The position numbers and the translations under genes were made by a program. From Paraspadella gotoi (Eukaryota > Animalia > Chaetognatha): a stretch of DNA of 10,647 nucleotides. This document shows, piece after piece, positions 7,662-10,647 of the stretch. The stretch is taken from assembly GCA_051294375.1 (NCBI GenBank), contig JBJCIZ010001247.1, positions 1-10,647 on the forward strand. Reading direction: 5' to 3'. Within the stretch, counting starts at the first letter, position 1; each line of letters starts with the position of its first letter. A model generated the notes under the pieces. That model saw nothing but the letters and a program-made list of their open reading frames with translations, ran no database searches and had not been told where the DNA came from.

Positions 7662-8534
7662 CTGTTGAGGGAGAGTCACATCACGGAAATTGACCCAGGG
7701 GAAGATGCAGGGTCAAAAAGGGTTCGTGAAATTGTTAAAACTAAGATTTTTTGCTCTCCCTAAAATATTTCTTTACAAGAAAAATATAGTTGTAATCTAG
7801 GACTCCGGTTCTTGCTAACGCATGTTATCTTGACATTTTCATGTGAAGTAAAACAATATTAACATACAAACAAACAACCGACACACAACCGATGAAACGC
7901 TAAATTTTCTTTTCACTCCTCTGTTATCTTTCTTAGTTTTATGTGACGCATTTAAACTTCTTTTCTTTTTTTATCATTCCCTTCTTAAAAACCTTTTTTT
8001 CTCCCCATTCTAAACACTAATTTGATTGGACAACGAACTTTTTGCATTTCCCTGGTCACTAGCATTCAGTTTTTAGTTATTTTACTTCCTCACTAGTGCG
8101 TAGCTGATTTAAATGAGAAATTTTACTCTGCAAAATTGGTTATTAAATAAATGAATTAACCAGAAAACCGAAACTGAAAAAAAAAATCCACGTTTTAGTT
8201 TCCTTCGGTTTAAGAACAAAAAAATATCCGGGAGAAGAAAAAAAACCAGTTGATTTGGTGCAATAAAATTATATTGAAAAAATCTCGTCTGCATTATGAA
8301 CTTGGGTTGAGAGTTAAACTGGGATTATCAGCGTGAAAGAAAAAAAGAGAAGATTCAGAAAGAACGAAAGAAAGAACAGAAAGAAAACGCACTTAACGCT
8401 AGAGAACAACCGTCCCATCAAGGCCGACCGAGAAGAGAGACTCGAGAGAGAATGAAGAAGAGACGACCCGAGGGGAGGAGAGAAGAGAGAGAGACGAGAC
8501 AGAGAGCAGAGACGACCGAAGAGAGAGCACGCAC

Positions 8535-8635
8535 CCACGGAGATTGCGCCGTAGCAAATCTGTACATCCTCCTTGGGCCGCTCAGGAAGCCAAGAATCGC
8601 TCCAAATCATAAAGCAAACTCTTTGACGTCCCGCT
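8535..8635 (-). other. Candidate 101-nt internal exon
   Basis: Minus strand reads tctcttcgtctcactctcacacag|AGCGGGAC...TCCGTGG|gtgcgt. One frame is open (AGRQRVCFMIWSDSWLPERPKEDVQICYGAISV). The boundaries coincide with the edges of a unique island between GA-rich flanks. Confidence 0.3.
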
Positions 8636-9165
8636 CTGTGTGAGAGTGAGACGAAGAGAGAGATGAAAGTGACCGAGACAGAGAGACGTGACGAGAGAGA
8701 GAGTGAGAGCCAGGGAGGCAGATGTGAAATGGACAGGAGTGAATTCTAAGAGGGATGGATGGGAGCGGTAAGAAGAGTGGACAGGGTAGAACGGAGGCAA
8801 ACAAAGGGGGTAAAGAACCGCAAGAAAAAGCGGAAACAAAGAAAAAGCAGATTTGGATGATTATTCTGGACGCGATGATTAAATTCGGTTTTAAGCTCGA
8901 GAGCATAATAATGTCCATGTTGACACCGTGACAGTACAAACTTTCATGTTTCAAGTCTCTTAATGAAATATTCAGTCTAACTATTAGAATAAAGAAAAAC
9001 ATAGTCAATAGAATAGTATCAAATAAAGTCGAAATAATAATTAGAAAAGAAAGAGAAACGCGAAGATCACAACGAAAGTAAAAATCTTCGAGAAAAAGTT
9101 CGACGTACGAGTTAGGCGCGAGTTACGGGTTTAGACCAAGCGTTGAAAAACTCCTTTTGGCGGCC

Positions 9166-9186
9166 GGCGGCGGCGGCGGCGGCGGC
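9166..9186 (+). repeat. (GGC)7 microsatellite
   Basis: Seven perfect GGC units. Confidence 0.95.
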
Positions 9187-9331
9187 GTCTTTGACGAGAC
9201 CGCGCCGGCCATCGAATCGACGTCGGAAACGAAAACACGAGTTTCCGTCTCGTGATTTATCGCGCCATCTTGTGACCGAAAGTAGGGCGTGGTAAAATTA
9301 ATCGCCGCTGGGCGGGCCTTGGAGGAAAAGA

Positions 9332-9336
<5 letters not shown>

Positions 9337-9378
<42 letters not shown>

Positions 9379-9408
9379 GAGAGAGAGAGAGAGAGAACTA
9401 GAGAGAGA
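9337..9408 (+). repeat. (AG)n microsatellite
   Basis: About 19 perfect AG units 9337-9374, then further runs after GC and ACT interruptions. Confidence 0.96.
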
Positions 9409-9684
9409 AAAGGATGAAGAGAGAAAACTGGCGAACAGACAGGCTAACAGCATGGAACAAAACAGATAAGCAAATTTAGAGAGACTGAGAACACGAATTA
9501 TATCTTCGCGTCTCCTCGTGACGAAAGAAATGTCCCATTCGAAATGGAAGTCTGATCGTCGTTGTCAGTAATCGTCGTCGTCGTCGTAGTCCATGTTATC
9601 ATCTGAGTAACACCCAACATTCTCTTCGTCAACGACCCTCAATTTCCTCATTCAATCAAGAATAGTGATCATCAGCTTTGACTT

Positions 9685-9774
9685 CGTCGTCGTCGTCGTC
9701 GTCATCCTCATCGTCGTCGTACTCGATTAGCGCAACGAGGTTCCGTCTTGTCGTCGTCGTCGTCGTCGTCGTCG
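9685..9774 (+). repeat. Clustered (CGT/TCG)n microsatellites, last one truncated by a gap
   Basis: (CGT)6 at 9685-9702, (CGT)3 at 9712-9720, (GTC)8+ at 9750-9774. Confidence 0.93.
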
Positions 9775-9938
9775 NNNNNNNNNNNNNNNNNNNNNNNNNN
9801 NNNNNNNNNNNNNNNNNNNNNNNNNNNNNNNNNNNNNNNNNNNNNNNNNNNNNNNNNNNNNNNNNNNNNNNNNNNNNNNNNNNNNNNNNNNNNNNNNNNN
9901 NNNNNNNNNNNNNNNNNNNNNNNNNNNNNNNNNNNNNN
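9775..9938. other. Assembly gap (164 N)
   Basis: N-run. Confidence 0.99.
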
Positions 9939-10199
9939 CTATATTAATCGTATATCACGTTTTTCATAATTTCTTTTTCCACTTTGGTAGTCGCAGGCAA
10001 GATTGCGATTCAAAACCTCGATATTTCAAAGGCTGGCGACTTTTTTAAAAATCGTTTCAAGCCGAAAAACTAAAAAAGGCTAAAAATTTCACTTTGTATA
10101 TTTGAAAGTCTGTTTTTGTTAAATCGTCGATTTAAAATACTGTATAATTAATTTCCTTTGTTATATATCTTTCTTCCTTTCTCTCTCTCTCTCTCTCTC

Positions 10200-10428
10200 N
10201 NNNNNNNNNNNNNNNNNNNNNNNNNNNNNNNNNNNNNNNNNNNNNNNNNNNNNNNNNNNNNNNNNNNNNNNNNNNNNNNNNNNNNNNNNNNNNNNNNNNN
10301 NNNNNNNNNNNNNNNNNNNNNNNNNNNNNNNNNNNNNNNNNNNNNNNNNNNNNNNNNNNNNNNNNNNNNNNNNNNNNNNNNNNNNNNNNNNNNNNNNNNN
10401 NNNNNNNNNNNNNNNNNNNNNNNNNNNN
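10200..10428. other. Assembly gap (229 N), preceded by (CT)n at 10181-10199
   Basis: N-run. Confidence 0.99.
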
Positions 10429-10444
10429 GCCCCGTTATGTAATC

Positions 10445-10630
10445 CTACTTCTCTTTTTCTCTTTTTTACTCTATCCTCACCTCTCTTTCCCTCCTTTTCT
10501 TTCTTCTCTCTACTTCTCTTTCTCTTTCCCTTTCACTTCATTGCTCTCTTTCTCTTCTTCCGTCCAATTTAACTTACTTTCTCGATACATATCAGACTCG
10601 CTCTTCCTCACTGTTCCTTCCATTTCTCTC
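10445..10630 (+). repeat. Pyrimidine-rich low-complexity tract
   Basis: CT/CTT/TTTC-rich sequence with few purines. Confidence 0.8.
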
Positions 10631-10647
10631 TGAGTTGCTGCTCTGTC

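Larger units (their letters stand above)
9160..9410. promoter_or_regulatory. Candidate cis-regulatory cluster (YY1/Pho, Sp/KLF, GAGA and Pbx-Hox-like motifs)
   Basis: GCCAT 9208-9212, TGATTTAT 9253-9260, CGCCATCTT 9263-9271, GGGCGTGG 9285-9292, GGGCGGG 9310-9316, (AG)n 9337-9408. Motif matches only. Confidence 0.35.

Noticed and set aside
9678-10442. ORFs containing X runs
   Set aside because: Artefacts of reading through N gaps.
1-10647. Transposable element, prophage, or novel multi-gene system
   Set aside because: No transposase/RT/integrase motifs, terminal repeats with target-site duplication, or gene-dense organisation are visible. A decayed TE cannot be excluded without RepeatMasker or a de novo repeat library.

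Overview
This window is microsatellite-dense, mostly non-coding eukaryotic genomic DNA from a gapped draft assembly (N-runs at 9775-9938 and 10200-10428). It is probably an invertebrate animal, inferred from moderate AT-richness, no visible CpG depletion and many (GA)n and (ACG)n tracts. It alternates long one-strand purine-rich and pyrimidine-rich blocks with short islands of unique sequence. None of the supplied ORFs gives a recognisable protein; most are reading frames through simple repeats. I found no rRNA, tRNA, CRISPR array, transposase or known gene. The best-supported structure is a degenerate ~60-bp minisatellite (~1598-2030). Weaker candidates are: short exons with good splice signals (864-981 +, signal-peptide-like; 2607-2910 +; 8535-8635 - and 7597-7661 -), a G-quadruplex/GC-box/GAGA region upstream of 864, a Pho/YY1 + GAGA + Sp/KLF motif cluster at ~9160-9410, and a few hairpin clusters. 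The window reads like the 5'/intronic regulatory region of a large gene. The sequence does not support claiming a new biological system; all findings are hypotheses.
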